In this document: piece after piece, positions 36,701 to 46,592 of the stretch
Layout of the letters: every line of letters starts with the position of its first letter
Position numbering within the stretch: the stretch's first letter is position 1
Assembly: GCA_030615235.1 (NCBI GenBank)
Contig: JAUWZR010000002.1
Location: 1 to 53,361 of the forward strand
Source of the DNA: Promethearchaeota archaeon
GTDB taxonomy: Archaea; Asgardarchaeota; Lokiarchaeia; Sigyniarchaeales; SOKP01
Reading direction: 5' to 3'
DNA length: 53,361 nucleotides
Translations under genes and position numbers: made by a program
Notes under the pieces: generated by a model
Databases searched by the model: none
Seen by the model: the letters and a program-made list of their open reading frames with translations, nothing else
Told to the model about the DNA's origin: nothing

Positions 36701-37226
36701 TTTGGTCAAAAAAACAATAGATATTTCGCTTATTGAGTCAGAAAGCATATCTTTTAGGAGGGAAAGAGAGGATATTGGGAAACTTATTAATAAATGCGTG
36801 AATGATTTGATATATTTAGCTGATAAAAGAGAACTGTCATTAGAACTTAATGTTCAAGAGAACATATTTATTCAAATTGATAAAAATAAAATTACAGAAG
36901 TAATAAAAAATATCCTATCCAACGCAATAAAAAACACTCCTCAAAAAGGAATTATTTCCATAAGCTTAAAGAGAATGAAGAAACATTTAGAGATCTCAAT
37001 AAAAGATACAGGTGTAGGATTTACTGAAATTGAATTACAAAGAATTTTTCAAAAATTTGGAAAAATTGAAAGATACGGCAAAGATTTCGATGTTGATATA
37101 GATGGTCCAGGACTTGGATTATATCTAGCAAAACAATTTATTGAAATGCATGGAGGAAATATTTGGGCAGAATCCAAAGGATTAAATAAGGGAGCAACTT
37201 TTACGATTGAATTACCAATTAATTAA
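33759..37226 (+). CDS. Multi-PAS/GAF histidine kinase (C-terminal part; the frame is open from 33711)
   Basis: Repeated PAS units with DIT(E/K)RK linkers, a GAF-like segment (aa about 520-660), the H-box LITRASHEFKTPLTSI, and HATPase_c motifs NAIKNTP, IKDTGVGF and GPGLGLYLAKQFIEMHGGNIW. Upstream of the ATG the frame reads SGLVITRDITERKGAE, the end of a PAS domain. Confidence 0.8.
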   Translation: MKIKESEERLSAFINSAPDSIFIWDSELNLVDCNKNGFNMISMGQNREDLIGQNILEIAPDVKEKGRYDKYMEVLKTGKPFYIDGVVPHPKFGDIIISIRTFKVGEMFGMITTDITKRKKAEQELIESEENYRLLTENINDLIVVINTRFQIEYVNEEVVKKIIGNTKKDILGKNILDFVHPDDKVMALNSLLKGIKDKEGIEEMRVANLKGQYIWFEVKGGAFINNKGELKGILIARDITERKQAEQKLRESEERYRTLVETMTDGLAVIDENNYFTYVNISFSKMIGYSYDELLNTHLFNYLDKKNQSIVEEQLIERRKGEAQPYELVWTRKDRQKVYTILAPKPLIDAEGNYIGSFGVITNITERIITGKKIKESEAKYRNLFESSPNMIVLLNLNGKIIDVNPATLTKYGFERKDFIDKDFKELNNYLPGNLPLLAKKFKKLLTKGVLEPIELPFHTKDRNIIWVNLQGSLVKIGGETYIQTVIQDINERKEAELKIKESEEKVKTLNDTFLEFTDDPFKNIQLLVDAAGKLLMSDCAAYNKIIEVNGNKILKTIAIWQEPPNYEREDNPIGHICTDIINMNREDVTIIKDLDMTKYVKTDPNVQKYRLKQYCGIAVKLNNEPVASFCVIYKENREISEVDKDIIRILAQSASIEEQRLYSYQKIKDSEIKFKLIFESIPDLFFLIHKDTTILDFRGREEDLYVPSEKLINHKLRDLVPKDIGDLHYIATKKTLLTKQPQIIEYGLSIRDVYRHFEARHLYFSEDQVAVFVREITASKKAEQELIESEEKYRQLFENSPEIILLANPDGVVLEYNSAAEKAFGFRKDEVIGRYYYEFGVFDSDQISIIEKRYKETLRVKQKKFEEFKVKRKDGSSFWILYQSTIVKLGNKPYILTLAQDISEIKKAEKLIEEELIKLKKLDDIKNELITRASHEFKTPLTSILASAELFLNLFKGVYTEEMKQLIEIIYEGGKRLENLVKKTIDISLIESESISFRREREDIGKLINKCVNDLIYLADKRELSLELNVQENIFIQIDKNKITEVIKNILSNAIKNTPQKGIISISLKRMKKHLEISIKDTGVGFTEIELQRIFQKFGKIERYGKDFDVDIDGPGLGLYLAKQFIEMHGGNIWAESKGLNKGATFTIELPIN

Positions 37227-37321
37227 ATAAGAGGTGGAAGCATTAATTATTGACGATATTCATAAATTTACAGATAATTATTAGTTAGAAAAATAACTTT
37301 AATTTCAAAAGTAATTTCTTA

Positions 37322-39520
37322 TCACTCTTCCGGGATTATAACAATAAAATTACTACCTTTAGTATAATCTCCAAAAACCTTATCTTCCACCCAAATTTGT
37401 CCATTATAACCCGTTATAATCTTTTTTACAAGAGATAACCCTAAACCCATACCTTTAGATTGCTTTTCTTTTTTATATCCTTTTTGAAAGATCAATTTCT
37501 TCCTATCATCGGAGATTCCTATTCCATTATCTAAGAATTCTAGTTTAAGGAATTTAATTCCATCTTTTTGTAATTTAGAAATTTTAATTAAAATTTCAAT
37601 TATCGGATTATCATTGTATGTTGTAGCATTAATTAGGATATTTTCAAATACATCAAGCAGAAGTTCATTTGCGTTAATATTGTATGTTTTGAAAGGAGAA
37701 TCGATTTGAAAGTTTATTTTCCTTTCTTGGATTCCTTTTTGGGTAAATTTAATTGCTTCTTGCAGAAATGAGAAAACCTCTATTGGTTGAAAAGGTATTT
37801 GAGTATATTCAATTTGAGATAATCTTCTTACATTTAAGACTAATCTATTTCCTCTATTAACTTGACTATTGACTAGATTCCATATCTCATATAACTCGTT
37901 TAATTTTTTAGGATCATTAATATAAATAAAACTAAGTTCTCCCGCAGATTTTATCGTTTGAAGGATATTACTAATATCATGAGTTAATAGATCTTTATAG
38001 AAATTAACTTGATCATAAGCTTTATGGTATAATTCCTTAGATTCTTTTAATTTTTTTGTTCTTAATTCAATTCTTTGTTCCAATTCTTTATTCAAATTTA
38101 TTAAATTTTGTTCTGAATCTTTTAATTTTTTTTCTATTTCTCTGCGTTTGAGAGCATTTCCAATAATTTCGGAAGATAAATGAAGTAAAAAAAAATCCTC
38201 TTCGTCCGATTCTCCAGTTTCTCTAACATTATCGAAGCCTATAAAGCCAGAAAGTATATTTCCGATAAATAAGGGTAAAACTAAAAGTGATTTGATATTT
38301 TGTTGCTGTAACAAGTCCTTTTCCATGGCTGCCTCTTCTGGCATCATCGAAACATCCGGAATGTGAATTACTTCTTCATTATTAAGCTTAATCATCCACC
38401 AAGGAAACATATCTTGGGATAATCCTTGAAGATTTTCCTTTTCTGCTATAACTCCTTTAGCACACCATTCATGTGTATTATCCATTGTTTTTGCAATGTT
38501 ATTAAATATAAAAAGATAACTTCTGCTCGCATTACTCAATTTTCCCATAAATTCAAGTGAATTATTAATCGCCTCATCATAATTTAAAGGATTAATAAAA
38601 AGTGATGATATCTTGGAAATAACCCTTTCCAATTCTAATTTTCGGTTAATTTTATTTTCTGCTTCTTTTCGTTTTGTGACATCTCTAATAAGGCCATAAA
38701 AGCCAATTTCTATTCCCTCAGTATTTTGTTTTTTAGATAAGGAACTTTCTACATATATTTTTTCTCTATTCTTCTTAATTAATTCAAATTCGAAGGCTTT
38801 TCCATCAATTTCATCAATATCAATAAATTCTTCTAATTTTTTATTTTCCAATTTCATAAAGCTTCTATAATGTTTTCCCACTAATTCTTCAGGAGAATAT
38901 CCTAAAATATCGCACAATGAGTCATTAAAAAAGACTAAATTTCCTTCTAAATCAACCTCAAAATATCCTTCTTTTATACTTTCTAGAATATCTCTATATT
39001 TTTTCTCACTTTCTTTAAGAACTCTTCCTCCTTTTTGTAATATTTCAACTACATCTTTTTTTTGTGATAATACCCAAAGACGTATTTCTGGTATCTTTAC
39101 CATTAAATTATCAAGTTGTGACTTAGTATTGAGTAATTCTTTTTGTAATTTCTTCTTATCATGAATAATTGTTGATATATTTACTATAATATCCAATTTT
39201 CCTATTTTATAAGGAAATCCAAAACCCTCTACAGGAATATGAGCGTTTTTCTTAGTTTTAAAATAATATTCAGTGTGCTCAGATTTATTTAAAATGAGCT
39301 TCAAGAATTTTGGCAATATAAAATCTTTATTTTCATAATTCAGTATGTCTTTTATTTGTAATTTTAAAATATCTTCCTTACTCTTATATCCTAAAACCTT
39401 AATAAGATTTTCATTCATATTAGTAATATTCCCTCTTTTATCATGAATAAGAATTAAATCAGGGGAATATTCAAATATTGAATCTATTAAATTCTCAGAT
39501 CTGGTGTTGTTGATACTCAT
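37322..39520 (-). CDS. PAS-PAS-GAF histidine kinase
   Basis: PAS segments, the linker RDVTKRKEAENK, and a GAF-like region. H-box FYKDLLTHDISNILQTI. HATPase_c motifs VFENILINA, FLDNGIGISD and GMGLGLSLVKKIITGYNGQIWVEDKVFGDYTKGSNF. It is paralogous to 4136-5020. Confidence 0.85.
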   Translation of the reverse strand: MSINNTRSENLIDSIFEYSPDLILIHDKRGNITNMNENLIKVLGYKSKEDILKLQIKDILNYENKDFILPKFLKLILNKSEHTEYYFKTKKNAHIPVEGFGFPYKIGKLDIIVNISTIIHDKKKLQKELLNTKSQLDNLMVKIPEIRLWVLSQKKDVVEILQKGGRVLKESEKKYRDILESIKEGYFEVDLEGNLVFFNDSLCDILGYSPEELVGKHYRSFMKLENKKLEEFIDIDEIDGKAFEFELIKKNREKIYVESSLSKKQNTEGIEIGFYGLIRDVTKRKEAENKINRKLELERVISKISSLFINPLNYDEAINNSLEFMGKLSNASRSYLFIFNNIAKTMDNTHEWCAKGVIAEKENLQGLSQDMFPWWMIKLNNEEVIHIPDVSMMPEEAAMEKDLLQQQNIKSLLVLPLFIGNILSGFIGFDNVRETGESDEEDFFLLHLSSEIIGNALKRREIEKKLKDSEQNLINLNKELEQRIELRTKKLKESKELYHKAYDQVNFYKDLLTHDISNILQTIKSAGELSFIYINDPKKLNELYEIWNLVNSQVNRGNRLVLNVRRLSQIEYTQIPFQPIEVFSFLQEAIKFTQKGIQERKINFQIDSPFKTYNINANELLLDVFENILINATTYNDNPIIEILIKISKLQKDGIKFLKLEFLDNGIGISDDRKKLIFQKGYKKEKQSKGMGLGLSLVKKIITGYNGQIWVEDKVFGDYTKGSNFIVIIPEE

Positions 39521-39696
39521 GGATTACTTATTTTTTTTTATTTTATTATTCTAAAAAAATAATCATAAATTTAATAAAATTAGAAATATAAAAACATATT
39601 TTTATATGTTGACTGCATGAGTAATAAAATTCAATAATTTAAATTTTAAAAATTAATAAAATCAAAATTTGTTTGATTCTATAGGAGATTGTATTT

Positions 39697-40437
39697 CTAT
39701 TTTACATCTAATTTAAGATAACCATAATAAGTACTGATAATGCCTATTAACACTAATACCCATGATAAAAAATAAAAAATTGTAAAACCAAAATCCCCCA
39801 AGAAAATGTAAATACGATCTATTAAGAAGCATAATAATACTGAAATATAAGATATAGACATTATTGATAAAGATAAAAAAGATTTTCTAAAGCCGGGATG
39901 ATCGGTAGATTTATAAGCTTTTATAGCGCTCAACAAAAATGGTAAATAGACCATAGTCATTAAGACAAATACAAAAAAGAAAGTAAGTAGGTCGAATAAC
40001 AGATTTCCTTTCTGATAAATAAATAATGCAAAAATTAGATTAAATATTGTAAATCCAAAAGTAATATATTTATTAATTTGTTTGTTTTCTTTTTCAAAGA
40101 TTTTTCGTTTAAATGAAAAGGAAAAAAAAATCGCAACTATTATGAAAACATATGGGATTCTGAAATCCGCTATCCTTAATAAAATCCAAGATTGTGGTGT
40201 ATTAGGATCAGGAACATTATTATCCATGATATAGCCAATATTCGAAAAGGCGTTTAAAACTTTAGATACCCAAGAAAAAAAAATAGCAGCACCATAACTT
40301 AGAAGAATTAAAAATAATAATAAAGAGAGTTTATTTCGTACTTTAATATGGTTGTTCAGACTTAAACCTACTAAGGGTATAAAGATTAGTATTATAATAC
40401 CTTCATATATCGTACCAACAAAATAATAGTCAACCAT
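39697..40437 (-). CDS. Hypothetical polytopic membrane protein (about 7 TM helices)
   Basis: Seven hydrophobic stretches of about 20 aa are separated by short charged loops. I recognise no family. Confidence 0.5.
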   Translation of the reverse strand: MVDYYFVGTIYEGIIILIFIPLVGLSLNNHIKVRNKLSLLLFLILLSYGAAIFFSWVSKVLNAFSNIGYIMDNNVPDPNTPQSWILLRIADFRIPYVFIIVAIFFSFSFKRKIFEKENKQINKYITFGFTIFNLIFALFIYQKGNLLFDLLTFFFVFVLMTMVYLPFLLSAIKAYKSTDHPGFRKSFLSLSIMSISYISVLLCFLIDRIYIFLGDFGFTIFYFLSWVLVLIGIISTYYGYLKLDVK

Positions 40438-40584
40438 ACATAAACAAAACAGAACTTCTTCTATTTATTATTTTCCAAAAATCAATTTAAATATTACACA
40501 GTTAAGGAATCCACTGGTAATATTGATATTTAAAATATTCCTCCAAGATATGTTCAAAAACTAAGAAAGAAAAAACTGTCAATC

Positions 40585-41085
40585 TTAAGAAAAATACGAT
40601 TGGCTCTCTCTATCGAAACCACTTACATACTCTATTGGCATCCCATCTGGTCTTCGTTCAGGGGGTACAAAGACAATTTTCAAATTGGGTATAAATACAC
40701 CGATTCCATTTCTTGCGAGAATCAATGCTGGATGCTTCTTGTCTTTGAAGATTTCTTCAGTAATATTGAGAGCAATCGTTCTGCACTGATGCTCGTCAAT
40801 AACTCCTAACGAATGAATGTATTCATGTAATAAAATGTGATAAGTATAAGCCCAAATTATTTCATACGGTTGAGATTCTAATATGATTTTTAACGGAGAT
40901 GTGTTCATGACAATTTCTGTACCGGGATGAAAATGCATTCCACCTATGAAACCGCCCCGAAACATGCCCATTTCGGCCAACCCTAAGCTTAAACCAGCCC
41001 GGTGACGACCAATTATCTTTTTCACGTCTTTTTTAACATTTTCGAAAATTTCGGGCATGTGTTGTTTTAAATCTTGTAGGTTCAT
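40585..41085 (-). CDS. Putative HExxH zinc-metallopeptidase-like protein (166 aa)
   Basis: Single motif ILLHEYIHSLG. It is the last gene of the co-oriented string that contains Cdc48. Confidence 0.35.
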   Translation of the reverse strand: MNLQDLKQHMPEIFENVKKDVKKIIGRHRAGLSLGLAEMGMFRGGFIGGMHFHPGTEIVMNTSPLKIILESQPYEIIWAYTYHILLHEYIHSLGVIDEHQCRTIALNITEEIFKDKKHPALILARNGIGVFIPNLKIVFVPPERRPDGMPIEYVSGFDRESQSYFS

Positions 41086-41151
41086 TGAGCACCTAGTAAT
41101 AATACTATTTTTTAGAATTGAATAAAAACATATAACGTAGTGAATGCGGCT

Positions 41152-41964
41152 TTAAAAATCAAAAAACCAATCCTCATCGCCTTCTTGAAGAAAATTCATT
41201 AATCGCGATAAATCATGTAATAGAGGTTTAATTTTAAAAAATCTCTCATTTCTCTCATCCCGATCCATATTTGAGAAAAACATATCATCCATTAACTCAT
41301 TAATTCTAATCCTTTTAAAATATCTTCCTGGATTAAAAAACATTGTAAAAAAGATTTCTTTACTAAGATTGAGATTTTTAACTATATTCCTCTCTTCTAC
41401 ACCACTTTCCTTCAAGATTTTTTCTAATTTTTTTTTATATTGATTATTCATTATATCTTTTAATTCTAATATAAGACATTCCTTTTGATTTAATAAGTTC
41501 CCTCGGTTCTTTTCTATTTTTATCATTTTTCTCTCAATATTTCTAATTTCATCACCAAGAAATCTGATTTTTTGGTCAGGAGATTTTATTTCTGAATAAT
41601 TTACTGAACAATTCAAATCTTTAAACTCAAATGAGTTATTTTTATTAGTTATATTAGTTGCAGTATATTTTATGGCATAATAATCAGGAGTAATATCAAT
41701 TTTCACAGAAAGACTACTTTTAATACGAAATTTACCGCCTCTTTTTTCTTCAGGATCTATATCTTCAATAATATTATTATCAATCAATAAATTTAATTGA
41801 CTATGTATTGCTTGTCGAGATATTCCTAAGGATTTAGCTAAATCTGGAGCGGAATGTGGAACCTTAGCTAACTTAGATAATATCAATCTCCTAGTGGGAT
41901 TTCCTAAAAGCTCTAATAATGAATCCAAACCAATAAATCGTGTTTTTCTGATATATTCTCCCAT
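41152..41964 (-). CDS. ArsR-family winged-helix transcription regulator with a C-terminal coiled-coil extension
   Basis: LLELLGNPTRRLILSKLAKVPHSAPDLAKSLGISRQAIHSQLNLLIDNNII is a classic ArsR/SmtB wHTH. Confidence 0.65.
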   Translation of the reverse strand: MGEYIRKTRFIGLDSLLELLGNPTRRLILSKLAKVPHSAPDLAKSLGISRQAIHSQLNLLIDNNIIEDIDPEEKRGGKFRIKSSLSVKIDITPDYYAIKYTATNITNKNNSFEFKDLNCSVNYSEIKSPDQKIRFLGDEIRNIERKMIKIEKNRGNLLNQKECLILELKDIMNNQYKKKLEKILKESGVEERNIVKNLNLSKEIFFTMFFNPGRYFKRIRINELMDDMFFSNMDRDERNERFFKIKPLLHDLSRLMNFLQEGDEDWFFDF

Positions 41965-41990
41965 TGATTTTACAACCTCACATTCTTTAT

Positions 41991-44306
41991 TTACCTATAC
42001 ATATCTTCAGATTCTTTTGAATATTGATCGTGAACTTTTTTAGCTCTATCGGCACCTCTTATGATTTTATCAATTGCCTCGTCAAAATCTGATTGTTTTA
42101 TTTCAATTTTGCTTACGAGTTTGGATTGAGCGCTCTTAATTTTTTCTTCTACATCTTGAATAGCTGCCTTATCATCTTTTTCCGATTGTAACTGCTCCAG
42201 ATGATCCATGAGCTCTTGTAACTCTACTTTCTTCTTATTAAAGGTAGGGATTGCCTTTCGAATTGTTAATAAAGTAGCTTCTTCAGCAATTGCTTGGATA
42301 TCGGCCCCTGTATAATCTTCTAAAGCTTCAGCAAGCTTATCAAAATTCACATCCTCTGCCAAAGGTTTATTCTTGAGATGTATCTTGAATATTTCCTTTC
42401 GTGTTTCGAAATCAGGTATAAAAATCTCGATGTGCCTACCAAACCTACCAGATCGAAGTAAAGCAGGGTCTAACATATCCGGTCTGTTAGTAGCTGCAAG
42501 TAAAATTACACCTTTTAAATCCTCTAAACCGTCCATTTCGGTTAATAATTGAGAAATCACTTGATCAGTTACCTCGGAGCTTGCAGATCTACCCCTCATT
42601 CCTGCGATCGCGTCAATTTCATCAAAGAATATGATACAAGGAGCCGCAGCTCTTGCTTTCCTAAAGGTTTCTCTTACAGCTTTTTCGCTCTCTCCAACCC
42701 ATTTGGAGAGAAATTCTGGTCCCTTCACTGAGATAAAGTTAATTTCACTTTCATGGGCTAGCGCTCTAGCTAATAGAGTTTTACCACTTCCAGGGGGTCC
42801 ATATAGTAAAATTCCACTTGGAGGTTTTGAAGATAAATGATTATACAATTCAGGATACTTTAAAGGCCACTCGATAATTTCTCTTAATTGTAATTTAGCA
42901 TCTTCCAACCCACCTACATCTTCCCATGTTTCCGTAGGTTGAGAAATTACTACTTCCCTTAATGCTGAAGGTTCAATATTATTTAACGCAGAAGTAAAAT
43001 TTTCCATTTTAATTCTTAAAGCATTTAAAATTTCAAAGGGAATCGGTTTATCTAAATCGATCTTTGGAAGCATTTCTCTAATGGCTAACATCGCTGCTTC
43101 TTTAGCCAATGCTTCAACATCAGCACCAACAAAACCGTGAGTTTTCTCTGCTAATGTTCTTAAATCAACATCCTCAAATAAAGGCATACCCCGAGTATGA
43201 ATTTGCAAGATTTCGAGACGTCCATCTGTATCTGGGACCCCTATTTCGATTTCTTTGTCAAATCTACCAGGTCTTCTCAATGCGATATCTATATCATTAA
43301 CTCGATTCGTAGCTCCTATAACGATAATTTCTCCTCTCCCTTCTAATCCATCGAGTAAAGATAATAACTGAGCTACGACCCTTCTTTCTACTTCTCCAGT
43401 CACTTCACCTCTTTTTGGAGCAATTGAATCTAATTCGTCAATAAAGATGATTGAAGGCATGTTTTTTTTAGCGTCATCGAAAATATCTCTTAAATTTTGT
43501 TCGCTTTGTCCGTAAAATTTACTCATAATTTCAGGACCGCTAATAGTTATAAAGTGGGCATCTGTTTCAAATGCAACTGCTCTAGCTAATAGAGTTTTCC
43601 CCGTTCCAGGAGGACCATGTAATAAAACACCTTTAGGGGGATCAATTCCTATTGTTTTGAATAATTCTGGATGTCTTATTGGCAATTCGATCATTTCACG
43701 AATTCTCTGAATTTCATCTGCTAATCCTCCTATATCTTCGTAACTTACCCTTGATTTTTCTCTTTCTATAATTTCTTTATGGGTTTTTTCACTTAATTTA
43801 ATCTCCGTACCAGAATGAATTCTTACTGCAGCAGTTTTTGGTAAAAAATCAATAACTACAAAGTCATATTTCTTATTGTACGAATAAAAGCTTAATATAT
43901 CGTCCTTAGTAAGCACTCTATTCTCTAAAAGGGAGTTTAGTCGCCTCGGGCTAATTACAACCGATTCTGTTAATCCTGCGAATATCACCTTTTCCGCTAA
44001 AGCAACTTTAATTTTGCGAATCTCAACAGAATCATCCACTGTAGTATCGATATTTCTTCGTAGAAATGGATCTAGCCGAATTATGCCAGTCCCAGTATCT
44101 TCAGGTTTACTTGGAAATAATAATGCAGCAGTTTTTAATTTTGAAATAGGGTTAGATATCTCTATTGCATCACCATTTTTTAGTTTCAACTTTTTTACGA
44201 ATTCAACGTCAATCCTAATTCTGCCTAGTCCAGAATCGTCTTTGAAAGCGTCTTTCACTCTAAGCCTATTATCTTTTCCTTCTACACCACTTGAAATTTC
44301 ACTCAC
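41991..44306 (-). CDS. cdc48: Cdc48/VCP-type AAA+ ATPase (N domain plus D1 plus D2)
   Basis: Two AAA modules: [29 protein letters not shown] and [29 protein letters not shown]. Both have second-region-of-homology motifs (ATNR...D.AL.RPGRFD). The N-terminus is double-psi-barrel-like ([19 protein letters not shown]). GTG start. Confidence 0.9.
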   Translation of the reverse strand: MSEISSGVEGKDNRLRVKDAFKDDSGLGRIRIDVEFVKKLKLKNGDAIEISNPISKLKTAALLFPSKPEDTGTGIIRLDPFLRRNIDTTVDDSVEIRKIKVALAEKVIFAGLTESVVISPRRLNSLLENRVLTKDDILSFYSYNKKYDFVVIDFLPKTAAVRIHSGTEIKLSEKTHKEIIEREKSRVSYEDIGGLADEIQRIREMIELPIRHPELFKTIGIDPPKGVLLHGPPGTGKTLLARAVAFETDAHFITISGPEIMSKFYGQSEQNLRDIFDDAKKNMPSIIFIDELDSIAPKRGEVTGEVERRVVAQLLSLLDGLEGRGEIIVIGATNRVNDIDIALRRPGRFDKEIEIGVPDTDGRLEILQIHTRGMPLFEDVDLRTLAEKTHGFVGADVEALAKEAAMLAIREMLPKIDLDKPIPFEILNALRIKMENFTSALNNIEPSALREVVISQPTETWEDVGGLEDAKLQLREIIEWPLKYPELYNHLSSKPPSGILLYGPPGSGKTLLARALAHESEINFISVKGPEFLSKWVGESEKAVRETFRKARAAAPCIIFFDEIDAIAGMRGRSASSEVTDQVISQLLTEMDGLEDLKGVILLAATNRPDMLDPALLRSGRFGRHIEIFIPDFETRKEIFKIHLKNKPLAEDVNFDKLAEALEDYTGADIQAIAEEATLLTIRKAIPTFNKKKVELQELMDHLEQLQSEKDDKAAIQDVEEKIKSAQSKLVSKIEIKQSDFDEAIDKIIRGADRAKKVHDQYSKESEDMYR

Positions 44307-44319
44307 TATGTAATCACAC

Positions 44320-44976
44320 TCAAATTTTCTTCCTTAGCATTATAATCGTTATTATTCCGTTATTAACTTCTAAAATGTGATCGTCCATTGTTGACTCAAA
44401 AGGTAATATTATCTCTCTTTCAATATTAATAAAATTGATTTCGATTGATACTCTAAGAGTTCTCCCATCCTCACTTAAACTTAGTAAAATATGCCCTTTT
44501 TCAATTCCTGGTGCTTCGATAATAATTTCAGCAGAATCTTCATGAAAATTTATCTCAAAATAAGTATCTTTTGTTAAGGAATTAATTTTTTCATAATTAG
44601 GTTGTAAGGAAAGCTTACTAGCATCAATAATTTGCCTATCTCTTGAAGGATTTAACCGTCTAATTTGTGGATGCTTAGATAAGTTAAATGTCTTAAAATA
44701 TTCCTGAAGCTTTTTTTTATCAAAATTACCTTCAACCTTTATTTCTGGTTTATCCATTCCAGATTCGAAATGGTATGTTACTTTAAAACCTTTAAATTTA
44801 TTATCATTAGGATTCATTTTTGGATCAAAATTCGGTTCTGGTAGAAATAAGAAGTCCACATTAAAAGCTCCTTGGTCCAAATTAAGATATTCCTTGATAC
44901 GCTCTAAAAAATCATTATAATCATCATCATACTCATCTGACACGAATATCACCTTTTTAGTTTTGTCAATAATCAA
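44320..44976 (-). CDS. Hypothetical protein with a C-terminal Hsp20/alpha-crystallin (CS-like) domain
   Basis: The C-terminus [31 protein letters not shown]...REIILPFES...[17 protein letters not shown] follows the ACD pattern (PG...L.V...LP...NG.L.I). It ends 13 nt before the cdc48 start. Confidence 0.45.
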   Translation of the reverse strand: MIIDKTKKVIFVSDEYDDDYNDFLERIKEYLNLDQGAFNVDFLFLPEPNFDPKMNPNDNKFKGFKVTYHFESGMDKPEIKVEGNFDKKKLQEYFKTFNLSKHPQIRRLNPSRDRQIIDASKLSLQPNYEKINSLTKDTYFEINFHEDSAEIIIEAPGIEKGHILLSLSEDGRTLRVSIEINFINIEREIILPFESTMDDHILEVNNGIITIIMLRKKI

Positions 44977-45163
44977 TTGACAATTGACAATAGTAATATG
45001 TAAAAAAAGCTATAAAAACTTATTGATTTTTAAAAATAAGCAGTGTACACTTGAAATTTGAATTTCAATCATTTTATTTATTCAATAATAATTTAAAAAT
45101 TAGAAATAAGATTTTGAAATAAACAAATAATAACATGGATTTAGTTTAAGATTGACAAACAAA

Positions 45164-45757
45164 TTAGTCGAAAATTGATACAATTTGTGAATTGTATATT
45201 TTTTTCAACATAAGTTGGATAAGCTCTTCAAAAGATTCTACAACGCCATATCCGTGAAGTGCTACAGTCTTTTTCGTTTTGAAGTTCTTAAATTTGAAAG
45301 AATTGATATTTTCTAAGAATAATGTAGGACTAAATTTATCCGGTAAGTCTTGTTTGTTAAATGCGATAACTTTAGGAAGAATAATAATTAAATCTTCAAA
45401 ATAATTGCATAATTCGTTCCACGAGGTCAAATTTCGGTAAAACACTTCCTGTTGCGAATCCGCTACGAATATAATCCCATCGATGCCTTGCAGAGTTGCT
45501 GGTCTTGTTATTATATAGAAATCTTGTCCAGTCGTGGAATAAATATGAATCTTAAGTCGCCATTGCTTATTTTCAAAAGTAATTGTACCATAGTCAAAGA
45601 ATAGAGTTCTTCTTATGCTACTTTCAATACTTAATACACTATCCTCTTTTCCAAAGTGTTTGAATAGAGATTTAAGAGTTGTCGTTTTCCCAGATAATGC
45701 GGGTCCAAAATAGCAAATTTTTAATTGAATAGTTTGGTTCAAATGATCTATTATCAT
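45164..45757 (-). CDS. MglA-like small Ras-superfamily GTPase
   Basis: G1 YFGPALSGKTT, G3 STTGQD and G4 FNKQDLP. The pattern IDGIIFVADSQ is typical of MglA/Arf-like proteins. Confidence 0.75.
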   Translation of the reverse strand: MIIDHLNQTIQLKICYFGPALSGKTTTLKSLFKHFGKEDSVLSIESSIRRTLFFDYGTITFENKQWRLKIHIYSTTGQDFYIITRPATLQGIDGIIFVADSQQEVFYRNLTSWNELCNYFEDLIIILPKVIAFNKQDLPDKFSPTLFLENINSFKFKNFKTKKTVALHGYGVVESFEELIQLMLKKIYNSQIVSIFD

Positions 45758-45840
45758 TTTTTATCTCATTATAATGGTTTTTGTCTTCTATTTTGATTAG
45801 AAGTATATTAATTTCGATTATTTTTCAAAAATTTTGAATT

Positions 45841-46572
45841 CTATAAATTAAGAGATTCGATTAAATTCTCGATATTTGGAACAAGATCTCTCATATTTTT
45901 TACAAAAAACGGAAATTGAGGTTTATGTTCGCCTGTTATACAGGCTTGGATGACATTTGTCCCCACTTCTAGTGCTTTATCAAGAAATCGGGGTTGATCC
46001 TCAATAATAATTGCTTTTTTGGGATCCACACCTGAGTGGTTGAAAATTGCTTTATAATAGTCTGGTCCAGACTTCCATGTATTAATCAAATCTAGTCCAT
46101 AAAACTCTACAAAATATTGGCTTACTCCCAATCCTTCTAAATACATCTTCATTTCAATAGAAACAGCCCCAGCTGCCGTATAAAGGATAAAACCTCTTCC
46201 AAAAAGTTCTTTAATACTATTAATTACTCCTGGTATAGCGGATCGGACTTTTGGTATTACAAATTGCCTTGCTGAATTAAATACTTCTTCATAGTTTAAA
46301 TTTCTGGGTGGAATCTTCCCAGCTTCTTTGAACATCCCGAGTACCATATTTTTCTTAAAATGGGTATAAAAAGCCAGGTAGTCATCAAATTTCTCCTTTC
46401 CATCTCTCCAGAAAAAAGAAGTGATAAGTTTGTGGTTTGCTTCTCCCCAAATTTCTGGATCTCCACCAAATCTTCCTGAGTAATATTCCCCAACAAACAA
46501 TTTCCATTGTTTTCCACGGATTTTATTATCATTTAAAACCCCTCCATCGTCAAAAAAAATACTAATAGTCAT
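45841..46572 (-). CDS. HAD-superfamily hydrolase
   Basis: Motif I FFDDGGVLNDN (the FDxGGVL variant) and motif IV IIIEDQPRFLDKALEVG. Confidence 0.6.
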   Translation of the reverse strand: MTISIFFDDGGVLNDNKIRGKQWKLFVGEYYSGRFGGDPEIWGEANHKLITSFFWRDGKEKFDDYLAFYTHFKKNMVLGMFKEAGKIPPRNLNYEEVFNSARQFVIPKVRSAIPGVINSIKELFGRGFILYTAAGAVSIEMKMYLEGLGVSQYFVEFYGLDLINTWKSGPDYYKAIFNHSGVDPKKAIIIEDQPRFLDKALEVGTNVIQACITGEHKPQFPFFVKNMRDLVPNIENLIESLNL

Positions 46573-46592
46573 TATAACAAATCGTAAATAGT

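Noticed and set aside
42549-44313. Plus-strand ORFs 42549-42731, 42631-42840, 43109-43300 and 44014-44313
   Set aside because: They are antisense shadows of the cdc48 gene.
46296-46532. 78-aa same-strand ORF overlapping the HAD hydrolase in another frame
   Set aside because: The HAD frame carries the recognisable motifs, and the alternative frame has none.
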